Below are positions 9,693 to 18,430 of a stretch of DNA of 60,099 nt, piece after piece. Below the pieces are notes generated by a model. That model had not been told where the DNA came from. It searched no databases and saw only the letters and a program-made list of their open reading frames with translations. This DNA comes from Candidatus Bipolaricaulota bacterium. GTDB taxonomy: Bacteria; Bipolaricaulota; Bipolaricaulia; UBA7950; UBA9294. A program made the translations under genes and the position numbers. Position 1 is the stretch's first letter, and each line of letters begins with the position of its first letter. The DNA lies in contig JAPLGD010000037.1 of NCBI GenBank assembly GCA_026390345.1, forward strand, positions 1-60,099, given 5' to 3'.

Positions 9693-10486
9693 ATGCGGCG
9701 TTTCGAAATCCTGTCCGAAGAAGAGCGGGTTGATCGCTACAGGGCCCTCGCGAAGAAGGCGCTTCTCGCCTACGGACTCTCCCCCGATCTCACGTACATC
9801 GGGCAAGGGAGCCACATCGTCTTCCGTGCCGCTCGTGCTCCGTGGTCCGCTGGATCGAGGGCGAGCGTCGCGAGGCGGAACTTGCGCCGGATGAGGTCGC
9901 AGCCATGGGAGCTCTGGTGGCGGCACTGCACCAGCACGCGGAGGAGTTTCGCTGGCCCCAGGAGATCGCACCGGCTCATGAGGGCGCCGCGTGCCGAGCC
10001 TTCGCCGCCTGCGACTCGCTTCGCTCGGTCTTCAGCCTGCCGGGCGATCCCTCTCTCCTCACCGATGCCGCAGCGCTGATTTCCGACAACACGCCGGAAT
10101 CCGCCGACGCCGGGCCCATCCACGGCGACCTTCGATTGCGGAAGCTCCGTCTGAAGGAAGGAGTCGCCGGGGTTGTCGGTTTCGGCCGCTGCCGTGCCGG
10201 GGCCGATCTCGAAGACCTCTCTCCTCTCTGGGCCGAGCTCGGTGAGCGCAAGACCGCGTCCGAACTTCAGGGCGCGCTTCTCGAAGGCTACCGCTCCGTT
10301 CGTCCGCTGCTCACGACGTCCGAGGACGCGCTCCGCGCCTACGACGCGCTCCGCGCACTGGAAGAGGCCGCAATCGGTCTTGAAGCCCTACGGCAAGATC
10401 GCCGGTCCAAGGGCGAAGCTGCGGACCGAATCGCCGCCGGTCTCCGTCAGAGCCTCTCGGGCATCGTCCGCGCCAAGGGAACTTGA
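9693..10486 (+). pseudogene. Aminoglycoside/homoserine-kinase-type phosphotransferase, internally deleted and frameshifted
   Basis: N-terminus (MRRFEILSEE...HIVFR) is in one frame. The body (VVRWIEG...ALHQH...IHGDL) is in another, with the junction at ~9822-9830. The usual intervening N-lobe segment appears to be missing. Confidence 0.65.
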
Positions 10487-10561
10487 CGCCGGTGCGGGCA
10501 GAGCACTCCCAGCGGCGCCCGGTTTGGCCGATCCATATACGGGCACTAGACTCCCTCGGCC

Positions 10562-11188
10562 ATGAGCACGAAGGAAGCGAAGAGCTTGTCCACCCGCTGC
10601 GTTCCCTTGACCTTCGACCGCTGGCCCGACTTCGAGAAGCTGTTCGGACCTCGCGGCGCTCAGGCTGGTTGCTGGTGCATGTGGTGGCGCGAGACGACGT
10701 CGGAGTTCGAGGCGCGGAAGGGCAAACGGAACCGCGAGGCATTCCAAGCGATCGTGGCGTCCGGAGATGTGCCGGGGCTTCTCGCCTACGTCGGCGATGA
10801 GCCGGTCGGTTGGTGCGCCGTGGCTCCTCGGGAGCGATACGTACGCCTGGCTCGTTCCCGCACACTCAAGCCGATTGACGAGCAGCCGGTGTGGTCCATC
10901 ACGTGCTTCTTCGTGGCGCGACGCTATCGAAGGCAAGGCGTCACCGCACGCCTACTCGACGCGGTCGTCGCGTTCGTTCGAGATCGAGGAGGCCACATCG
11001 TCGAGGCCTACCCGATTGCTCCGGCGAGCGGCGAGTACCCGGCGGCCTACGCGTACACCGGCCTTCTGTCGACGTTCCTCGCCGCAGGATTCCAGATTGT
11101 CGCTCGCCCGTCGGCCTCACGCGCCGTCGTACGGCACGTGATCGAACCCCCGGCGCGGCCGTCACGACGCCGAGGAACCTCGGAGTAG
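10562..11188 (+). CDS. GNAT N-acetyltransferase
   Basis: GCWCMWWR, VGWCAVAPRE, WSITCFFV...RRQGV..LL (acetyl-CoA motif). Confidence 0.88.
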   Translation: MSTKEAKSLSTRCVPLTFDRWPDFEKLFGPRGAQAGCWCMWWRETTSEFEARKGKRNREAFQAIVASGDVPGLLAYVGDEPVGWCAVAPRERYVRLARSRTLKPIDEQPVWSITCFFVARRYRRQGVTARLLDAVVAFVRDRGGHIVEAYPIAPASGEYPAAYAYTGLLSTFLAAGFQIVARPSASRAVVRHVIEPPARPSRRRGTSE

Positions 11189-11992
11189 CGCGACGCGCCG
11201 GGCGATCTCCTCACGGAGTTTGTCGGCGCCGTACTGAAAGAGACTGATCTCCTCGCCGTTCAGGTAGGTCCAGCCCCAATCCCACGGCGACGCCGCGAGG
11301 CGGAACGTCTCATCGCGGGTGTCGATCCGGTACTGCCGAAGGTCGATCTGCCTCCGATCTGGGTGTGCGTCGACAACGCTTCTCATCCGCTCGGCGAAGT
11401 GGATGCTGTATGGGCAGCGTGCGCTCCACGCCTGGTCGACGGCGAGAAGTCCTCGCGAGCGGAGGTTCCGCGGACGAAACTGCGGCCGGGCGAGGGTCGG
11501 CGTTGCCGATCCCGCCCGGAACGGAAGCCAGAGAAGGGCAATCGGCTCGTCGCGAATGATCTCGCGGAACCCGAGCTCGCGAAGCAGAGTGATGGGGTAG
11601 TGCGTCGGGTGGTTCCAGCCAAGTGCAGCCATTCCGATGAACGCAGGGCGCGCGTCGGCGATCGCCGCCTCGATCATCCGCCGCTCTTCGACGAGGTGCT
11701 GGGAATCCTCCGGCTCGGTCCCCGCCCAGTGGAAGCAGAGAAGGACGCAGGCACCCGGCGCTTCGATAGGGAACGGAGCGATCTCCGTCGCCGCGTACTC
11801 GACAAAGCCGCGCGGCACGCCCTCCGCGTACGCGACCCGGCCGCGCATTCCTTCCCGCAGCCGATCCCGATGCCAGTCGGCGACGAGCTCGAGGCGACCC
11901 GCGAACGACTTGCCGGCAAGCTCGAGCCCGCCGGGACAGCAGACAAGGTCGGACAGGTTCCCTTCACGGAGTGGACGGTACTCGACGGGCAC
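11162..11992 (-). CDS. GNAT-like protein with YoaP-type C-terminal domain
   Basis: GTG start after GAGGAGGG; GFVEY, CVLLCFHW, WSARCPYS as in YoaP-like proteins. Confidence 0.65.
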   Translation of the reverse strand: MPVEYRPLREGNLSDLVCCPGGLELAGKSFAGRLELVADWHRDRLREGMRGRVAYAEGVPRGFVEYAATEIAPFPIEAPGACVLLCFHWAGTEPEDSQHLVEERRMIEAAIADARPAFIGMAALGWNHPTHYPITLLRELGFREIIRDEPIALLWLPFRAGSATPTLARPQFRPRNLRSRGLLAVDQAWSARCPYSIHFAERMRSVVDAHPDRRQIDLRQYRIDTRDETFRLAASPWDWGWTYLNGEEISLFQYGADKLREEIARRVALLRGSSAS

Positions 11993-12012
11993 GGACCCTC
12001 CTCGCCGACAGG

Positions 12013-12462
12013 CTATGCGCGGGACACACCGATCGCTTTTCTCAGGACGCTGAACCCGACGTCGGGCAAGGCCATTTCGGCGCAAGAGCCCAGGCGCTCG
12101 TAGAGCGCGCGGGCTCTGGGATTCGACTCGTGGACTCCGAGCTCGATGGCATCCACCGAAGTGCGGAACTTCCCCGCCAGGTCTCGGAAGACCGCGGTGC
12201 CGATTCCCTGTCCGCGGAACGGCGGCTCGAGGGCGACGCCGTGGACGGGAAACGTGCGGTCACGGCGTTCGACGAACCCGACCGTCGTTCGCACCCGCAC
12301 GATCGCTCGCACCTTGCCGACGGTCCGAACCATCTCCGCGAACTCGTTCCACGTCATCCCCATGACCCGAAGCGGGGGCTCGGGGTAGCCGCCGGCCTTC
12401 TCGCGCAACAGCACGAGGAAGGCGTCGCATTGTTTGGCCGTCGCCTTCCGATATGTCAGCAC
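12013..12462 (-). CDS. GNAT N-acetyltransferase (possibly decaying)
   Basis: FRGQGIGT; LGVHESNPRARALYERLG. Confidence 0.75.
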   Translation of the reverse strand: MLTYRKATAKQCDAFLVLLREKAGGYPEPPLRVMGMTWNEFAEMVRTVGKVRAIVRVRTTVGFVERRDRTFPVHGVALEPPFRGQGIGTAVFRDLAGKFRTSVDAIELGVHESNPRARALYERLGSCAEMALPDVGFSVLRKAIGVSRA

Positions 12463-12513
12463 GGTGAGTCGAGCGTAGGGCCCGCTACGTCTCCCGACGA
12501 CAGCCGCCGTTCG

Positions 12514-14724
12514 CTAGCTGGCCGAGGCCGGGCTTCCGGTTCCTCCAGGCTGTATCTCGATATCGCCGCTCAGCCAGTCCGCGATCGACCCGACCACCTG
12601 GAGGTCGATGTGATGCCTGAGGTGTCGGTCCTCTGAGCTCGCAAGTCCGCTCTGCAGCCGGCCGACGTGGTTCACATCCAGAAGAATCGCAAGCTCGACA
12701 TTCCCGTTGCCGCCGTCGCCTGCGGCGCGGGCGAGACGACCCGCCTGTTCGACCGAAACCTGGAAATCCTTGTCCCCCTGCAGAATCAGCATCCGAGTCT
12801 TCACCTGACCCACCACGGAAGTGGGGTCCACCGCAAGGAGATCCCGAACCAGGACGGGCGCCATCGACTCCCGCCTGCGTGCGAACTCCTCTTCGCTCAT
12901 CCACGGAAGTCTCGCTCGAACGTCTTCGTACGACACGTCGTCCCACGTCCCCTGCATCTGGGCGAGGAACTGGTAGAAGTCCCGCTCGTGGGCGACCAGG
13001 CGCTCGGTCTCCTCCGCGGAGATGCCGTCGGCCGCCGCTCGGCGGGCGAACTCGTCGAGGGCCATCGTGTCGGGAGCATAGGCAGGCGCTCCGAAGGTGA
13101 TCAGGCCGGCCACCGTCCCCTGCGACGCGAGCAGCGAAGCGACCGTGCCGCCCACGCCCACGCCGAACGCGTAGATCTTGCTCTGAGCGGCGTGCGGCAC
13201 CCCACGAAGGACAAAGGCCGCGACTCGCGCGTCGGTGAGAAGGTCGTTGAGTGAGAGGTCGTCGTAGGTCCCCTCGCTCTTCCCGGTGCCCCGCGCGTCG
13301 AGCCGGTACGAGGCGATTCCCGCCTGAGCCAGGCCTCGGGCGATCTCCTTCAGGAATCCAGTCTGTAGACCCAGGCGATCTCCGTTGCGATCGTACGGGC
13401 CGAGGTCGGGAAGGAGGAGAACGATGGGGAGAGTCTCTCCTCCGGCGGCGGGGTAGGTTAGCGTCCCGTCGAGCTTCACGCCGTTGCTCGTGATCGGAAG
13501 CTCGTTCTCGATGACCCCCATGGGGAGGGCCAGCGCCTCCGTGGACCGCCGCTCGACGAGGAATCCACTCGGAAACCGGTCGCTGCGATACGCGAACAGC
13601 TCCTCGCCGGGGACCTCGACTCCGACGACGCGGCCGTCCACGACGTAGTACACAGCCTCCCACCCGTCCCCGACCGTCACCGTGCGTCGCTCGCCGGCCA
13701 GCCGCTCGGCCGGAGCCGCCAACGTCACGGTCTCCGGGGCGGTGATCGCGAAGGCGGACTCGGTTCCCTGTTGGGGCACGACGACGGACAGCCCTTCGGA
13801 CCCACCAAGCTCCTGCCGCGCGCTCTCGAGGAGCGCGAAGAGGGCGAAGATGTCCTCGTCGAGGATGACGACGCTTCCTGCGGGGAGGTCCTTGGTCTGC
13901 ATGTCGTCCGCAGTGCCCGACGACACCTTGACCGCCTCTGCGTCACTACCGACGAGAATGTCGAGGAGACCGTCGCGCGTGGATCCCCGCAGGGCGTACG
14001 CCTGGGTACGGAACGTCTCGTCGGCTACGAGCGCCGCCGTGAACGTTGTGACCCCAGACAAGCGACGGCCGGTCCCCGTAGAGCGAAGAGCAAATCCGTC
14101 GGGCGAGCGATAGAGCTCAAACGATTCCCGCCCGATCAGAATTCCCGACTGTAGAACAACGAAACTTCCCGTCTGCATCGCTTCTCCAGTCGCGGAACGG
14201 ATCACATCGCCGACCGGATCCGCCTCACCCGGCGCCGAGACGGCACGTTCGAACCCGCTCAGTGCGGCCTCGACCTCGCCGACGCGTTCGGACAGCGCGT
14301 GGACATCGTCGCTCAGGCCGGGCAGCGCTGCGTTGACACCGTTGAGTTGCACGAAGGCTTCGTCCATCCGCCGCGCCAACGCATCGACGTCGTCGTTCGA
14401 GACCTGGGGCGCCAAGCTCGACCGACCAAGCCCGGGAAGAGCCTCATCGATCCGCCGCGAGAGCACGTCGACGTCACGGCCCTGTTCGGCGGAGATCTCG
14501 TTCAAGCGGCGCGTGAGTTCATCGAAACGAGCGGTGAGCTCCGGGTCGACCGCCGCGCGGCTTGACTCCATCTGCCGCCCCAGGCGGGTCAACTCCCCGC
14601 GAACGGCGGCGAGATCGCGCCCGTCCCGCTGCACCGCGATCAGAGCGCAAGTCGACAGGATGAGGGCCGCAACAACAAGAACGGCGGCAAGTCCCGAGAG
14701 CGACCTCCAAAGGCGGCTGTTCAT
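12514..14724 (-). CDS. Membrane-anchored coiled-coil + beta-domain + alpha/beta-hydrolase-fold protein lacking the catalytic Ser
   Basis: N-terminal TM and three DVxxLxxRxxE repeats. C-terminal LDGTLTYP, GP.DRNG, ILQGDKDFQV and NH are present, but the nucleophile elbow reads FGVGVGG. Confidence 0.75.
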   Translation of the reverse strand: MNSRLWRSLSGLAAVLVVAALILSTCALIAVQRDGRDLAAVRGELTRLGRQMESSRAAVDPELTARFDELTRRLNEISAEQGRDVDVLSRRIDEALPGLGRSSLAPQVSNDDVDALARRMDEAFVQLNGVNAALPGLSDDVHALSERVGEVEAALSGFERAVSAPGEADPVGDVIRSATGEAMQTGSFVVLQSGILIGRESFELYRSPDGFALRSTGTGRRLSGVTTFTAALVADETFRTQAYALRGSTRDGLLDILVGSDAEAVKVSSGTADDMQTKDLPAGSVVILDEDIFALFALLESARQELGGSEGLSVVVPQQGTESAFAITAPETVTLAAPAERLAGERRTVTVGDGWEAVYYVVDGRVVGVEVPGEELFAYRSDRFPSGFLVERRSTEALALPMGVIENELPITSNGVKLDGTLTYPAAGGETLPIVLLLPDLGPYDRNGDRLGLQTGFLKEIARGLAQAGIASYRLDARGTGKSEGTYDDLSLNDLLTDARVAAFVLRGVPHAAQSKIYAFGVGVGGTVASLLASQGTVAGLITFGAPAYAPDTMALDEFARRAAADGISAEETERLVAHERDFYQFLAQMQGTWDDVSYEDVRARLPWMSEEEFARRRESMAPVLVRDLLAVDPTSVVGQVKTRMLILQGDKDFQVSVEQAGRLARAAGDGGNGNVELAILLDVNHVGRLQSGLASSEDRHLRHHIDLQVVGSIADWLSGDIEIQPGGTGSPASAS

Positions 14725-14837
14725 ACGTTCGTTTCCTCCTCGACCACAGACCGACCCCGAGATCGATGGCCATCCAATGAGGTTTCGAGTGGAGCTCGTT
14801 CAGTATAGACGAGGATGCGAGCAGGCGGAAGCCCTCG

Positions 14838-16166
14838 TCACGTCGCCACGGCGGCACCGACCCGAATCAACGAGTGAAGGATCTCCGTGCCGAAGTCCAC
14901 CGCCGCAACCGGAACGCGCTCGTCGCAGGCGTGAATGGTCTCGAAGAACGGGACATCGGGAGGCAGATTCATCGGCGTGTACCCGTACGTTTGGATGCCG
15001 AGCCGCGCGAGATGGCGACCGTCGCTACTCCCCGGCAGGATGTACGGAATCGCCACAGCGCCCGATTCCTGGGACACGAGCAACCGGCCAAGGAGGTCGA
15101 ACAGACCGAGGTCGACGTCCGTCCCGGCGGTCTCACCGCTCACGATGCGCGCCTCGGCGTCGCCGTGAAATGCCGGCTCGATCTCGGCCATCAGGTCTTC
15201 GGGGGAGAATCCGGGAAGCACCCGCCCGTCCAGGCCGATGTGGATCTCACTCGGCACGACGTTCGAGCGATCACCCCCGCGAATAACGGTAGCGTTCACG
15301 GTATTCCGAAAGAGCGGTTCGAGATCGCGGCCGGGAGCGCCGAGGCGTGCTAGCAAACGATCGGTCGACGCTGGATGGAGCAGTCGACGCACGAAGAGCC
15401 CGTCTACGCGTGTGAGGTGATCGGCGAGAGCCTCGACCATCCGCCGCGTGACGTCCGTGATGTGGATCGGCGTGCGGTGGCCGTCAAGACGGCGCAGGAT
15501 TCCGCCCGCCTTGGCCATCGCGCCGCCCCGCATCGGCCGAGCACCGTGCCCGGCCGCCCCACGGACGACGAGCTCGATCACCACCGGCGCCTTCTCCGCG
15601 ACCTGGATCGGGTAGAAGACCCGTCCCCGAATCCGAAGCGGAAACCCGCCGAACTCGCCGATCGCGTAGCGCACTCCGCGGAACACCTCGGGGTGACGAT
15701 CCACGACGTACTTCGCTCCGTGAGTCCCTCCGGACTCCTCATCGGCAAACAGGGCGAGCACGACATCTCCGGGCGGAGGATTCTCTCGGGCGGCTCGCAG
15801 GAACGCCGCCAGCATCATCGCGACGCCGCCCTTCATGTCGAGAGCTCCCCGTCCCCACACGCAGCCGTCGGCGATCCGTCCCTCGAAGGGGGGGTACGTC
15901 CACCCTGTCCCGGCCGGGACGACGTCGAGGTGCCCGTAGAAGAGAAGCCCCGGAGCCTCTCCCCGGCCGGGAAGCCGCGCGATGAGGTTCGGTCGACCCG
16001 GGGCGTTCTCGTAGCGTGCGGTCTTGACGCCGGGCGCCCGGAGAAGGTCCTCCACCGCGTCCACGCACTCCGCCTCACGTCCCGGAGGGTTGCTGGTGTC
16101 AAACCGGATGAGATGCTGCAGCAAGAGGGCCGGGCGCCCTTCGATTCCCTCAACCATCGCAGCCAT
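14838..16166 (-). CDS. M20/M25/M40 metallopeptidase (ArgE/DapE-like)
   Basis: YGHLDVVP, GRGALDMKG, ADEESGG, IHACDER. Confidence 0.92.
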   Translation of the reverse strand: MAAMVEGIEGRPALLLQHLIRFDTSNPPGREAECVDAVEDLLRAPGVKTARYENAPGRPNLIARLPGRGEAPGLLFYGHLDVVPAGTGWTYPPFEGRIADGCVWGRGALDMKGGVAMMLAAFLRAARENPPPGDVVLALFADEESGGTHGAKYVVDRHPEVFRGVRYAIGEFGGFPLRIRGRVFYPIQVAEKAPVVIELVVRGAAGHGARPMRGGAMAKAGGILRRLDGHRTPIHITDVTRRMVEALADHLTRVDGLFVRRLLHPASTDRLLARLGAPGRDLEPLFRNTVNATVIRGGDRSNVVPSEIHIGLDGRVLPGFSPEDLMAEIEPAFHGDAEARIVSGETAGTDVDLGLFDLLGRLLVSQESGAVAIPYILPGSSDGRHLARLGIQTYGYTPMNLPPDVPFFETIHACDERVPVAAVDFGTEILHSLIRVGAAVAT

Positions 16167-16204
16167 CGCTCATCCCCCGGACGGCGCCTTCGGCGGCCTC
16201 GGCG

Positions 16205-16534
16205 TCACCACTTCTTGAACATGAAGAATGCCGCCGCTACGAGAAACACAAACGCGACGAGGTAGTTCCAGCGAAGCGGCTCCTTGAGGTACACGACGGA
16301 GAACCCCGCGAACACGACGAGGGTGATGACCTCCTGGATTGTCTTCAGCTGAGCCGCGGAGAACTGGCCGTGTCCCAGACGATTCGCGGGGACTTGGAAG
16401 CAGTACTCGACGAACGCGATCCCCCAGCTGGCCAAGATCGCGAGCCAAAGGGGCGAGCTCTTGAACCGCAAGTGCCCGTACCACGCGATCGTCATGAAGA
16501 TATTCGAGACCAGAAGGAGACCGATCGTGCGCAA
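16205..16534 (-). CDS. DMT-family small membrane protein (DUF486-like)
   Basis: SNIFMTIAWYGHL, SWGIAFVEYCFQVPANR, QLKTIQEVITL. TTG start after GAGGTGAGG. Confidence 0.9.
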   Translation of the reverse strand: MRTIGLLLVSNIFMTIAWYGHLRFKSSPLWLAILASWGIAFVEYCFQVPANRLGHGQFSAAQLKTIQEVITLVVFAGFSVVYLKEPLRWNYLVAFVFLVAAAFFMFKKW

Positions 16535-16575
16535 CGCGCCTCACCTCGGGCTGCTGCCGAGACCGAGAACGAAGC

Positions 16576-16599
16576 GGGGGGCGGCCCAAACCACCCCCC
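16576..16599 (-). terminator. Stem-loop between the micro-ORF and the DMT gene
   Basis: Minus strand GGGGGGTGG-TTTGGG-CCGCCCCCC (9 bp with one U-G). The U-tract is weak. Confidence 0.4.
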
Positions 16600-16615
16600 T
16601 TTCTCCAGCGAGGAT

Positions 16616-16693
16616 CTACTTCTTCTTGTCCGTCGGCTTGCTCGACTTCTTCGCCGGCGCCGCCGGTTTCTTTCCGCATCCGCATCCGCTCAT
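16616..16693 (-). CDS. 25-aa Cys/Lys-rich micro-protein MSGCGCGKKPAAPAKKSSKPTDKKK
   Basis: ATG 16693 preceded by SD GAAGGGGGGA, with a dedicated consensus promoter upstream and a hairpin downstream. Confidence 0.65.
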   Translation of the reverse strand: MSGCGCGKKPAAPAKKSSKPTDKKK

Positions 16694-16730
16694 GGGTCCC
16701 CCCTTCGTCGGCCGAAGCGCCGACACCAGC

Positions 16731-16758
16731 AGGATAGCCTCCTCTACGCTGTTGTCAA
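16731..16758 (-). promoter_or_regulatory. sigma70-type promoter of the micro-ORF/DMT unit
   Basis: TTGACA(16758-16753)-16 bp-TATCCT(16736-16731). Confidence 0.7.
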
Positions 16759-16830
16759 GACCGTACGAGGCCCACCCGCCGCTGATCCGACCGATTCCAT
16801 CGCTCGTGAGGACACACCCGCCGGCGGGCA

Positions 16831-17430
16831 TCACGGGGCGGCGCGGCGCCTCGGACGCTTGCTGCCTGGCTCGCCGGGCCACTCTCCGCGCAGGAGACCG
16901 TACAACACGAGATCGTAGCGGCGCCCATCGCGCTCGCCGTACTCCCGAAAGATGCCTTCCCGCTTGAATCCCGCCTTCTCGTACAGCGCGATGGCCCGTG
17001 CGTTGTCTGCAATCGCGGAAAGCGAGAGGCGGTAGAGGTTCATCTCACAGAACGCGTACCGCAGGGCAAGCGACAGCGCCTCAAAGCCGTACCCCTGCCC
17101 CCAGAAGGCGCGATCCCCGATCCCCATTCCCAGCCAGGCAACGCGGTTCGACCACTCGATGTCGAAGAAGCCAACCGATCCGATCAGTCGGTCGTCGTCG
17201 AGGGTGCGGATCCCAAACGTAAGGGAGTCAAACCCGTTGTGGAGCGAGTCGATCTCCTCCTCGGCGCGCTCGACCGACAGGGGGACCGCCGTGTTCGTGT
17301 CCTCAAGGCGAAGGTACCCGATGTCCTCCGACCACGCGGACATCGCAGGTGCGTCCTCTTTTCGAAGCGCCGCGAGCCGAAGTCGCCGCCCTGCAAGCCA
17401 GTTGGCCTCTACGGAATCCGTTCTCACCAT
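16831..17430 (-). CDS. RimJ/RimL-family GNAT acetyltransferase
   Basis: LIGSVGFFDIEWSNRVAWLGMGIG, FWGQGYG, NARAIALYEKAGFKREG. Confidence 0.92.
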   Translation of the reverse strand: MVRTDSVEANWLAGRRLRLAALRKEDAPAMSAWSEDIGYLRLEDTNTAVPLSVERAEEEIDSLHNGFDSLTFGIRTLDDDRLIGSVGFFDIEWSNRVAWLGMGIGDRAFWGQGYGFEALSLALRYAFCEMNLYRLSLSAIADNARAIALYEKAGFKREGIFREYGERDGRRYDLVLYGLLRGEWPGEPGSKRPRRRAAP

Positions 17431-17546
17431 TATCCGTTCACCTCGCTGTAGCGGTGCCGTGCTCGAGTTCCTCTAGAGGCCGCCAACAGGCGCAGCATCC
17501 GAGCAGGTGCTTTGCCCCGTAAGGACCGCGCGAGATCCGCGCCGGC

Positions 17547-18056
17547 CTAGAAGTAGAAGTGAACTCCCGTACCCACAACCATGTTCACGTTGCCCAGCGT
17601 CGAGCAGGCCACCCCGAACTCGATGTTCCACGCAAGGTTCGGAGCGGAGCGGAAGTTGAACTCGATGCCTCCGACCCCCGCGAAGACGACCTCGCTTCCG
17701 CTGTACAGCGGGAACGGCAAAGTGGCCCCCGCCGCGACGTAGAAGTCCACTGTCGACGCGTCCACAACACGGAACAGGGCGCGCAACGTTGCAGTTCCCT
17801 CGAACCACCCTAAGGATCCGGTTACGAGGACGACGCCCTCCGCTCCGATCTCGGGGGACAGCCAGTATCTGGCGCTGATCAGCCCTCCCCAGGGGAACTC
17901 GGCCTGGATTCCAATCCCCAGCGTTCGGCCATCGGAGAGGTTCACCTCAAGGGCGCTCGCCGAAACACCGGCTGCTTCTACATTCTGAGCTTCCGCGATC
18001 CCGACCGCAAGGCACAGCACAGCGACAAGCGCCACTCCTACGCGAACCCGCTTCAT
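17547..18056 (-). CDS. Secreted small beta-barrel-like hypothetical protein
   Basis: Signal peptide, alternating hydrophobic beta-strands, C-terminal VGTGVHFYF. Confidence 0.65.
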   Translation of the reverse strand: MKRVRVGVALVAVLCLAVGIAEAQNVEAAGVSASALEVNLSDGRTLGIGIQAEFPWGGLISARYWLSPEIGAEGVVLVTGSLGWFEGTATLRALFRVVDASTVDFYVAAGATLPFPLYSGSEVVFAGVGGIEFNFRSAPNLAWNIEFGVACSTLGNVNMVVGTGVHFYF

Positions 18057-18095
18057 GACTCATCCCCCCTGCACTCTATGACCATCATACGGTCA

Positions 18096-18430
18096 GGCGG
18101 GCCAAGCGCCAATCGCGCCAATCCTGCACGGTGGGGCGCGCACGGCGGGCCAAGCGGCAAACGCGCACGACGGGCCGGGCGGCAAGCGCGCCAAACGCGG
18201 ACGGCGGGGCGCGGCACGGTGGGCCAGCGGCAAACGTGCACGGCGGGCCGGGCGGCAAACGTGAACGGTGGGCCGGCGGCAAACGTGGGCGGTGGAGCGG
18301 CACGCGGTAGAATGGACCACCATGGATACACGAGCGGTGAAGGAATTCCGTGGGGCGGCGCCCAGCCTGCACGGCGGGGCGGCGCCAATCTCGCGCGGCG
18401 GGGCGGCGCCCACCCTGCACGCTGGGGCAG
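18096..18430. repeat. Degenerate ~24-bp GC-rich minisatellite
   Basis: Units like CACGGYGGGCCRGCGGCAAACGYG at 18141, 18166, 18215, 18239 and 18264. Three exact-period 24-bp units GGGGCGGCGCC(13 nt) at 18352, 18376 and 18400. Confidence 0.8.

Noticed and set aside
18141-18423. Possible CRISPR array
   Set aside because: Units are directly tandem and degenerate, with no unique spacers, no AT-rich leader and no cas genes.
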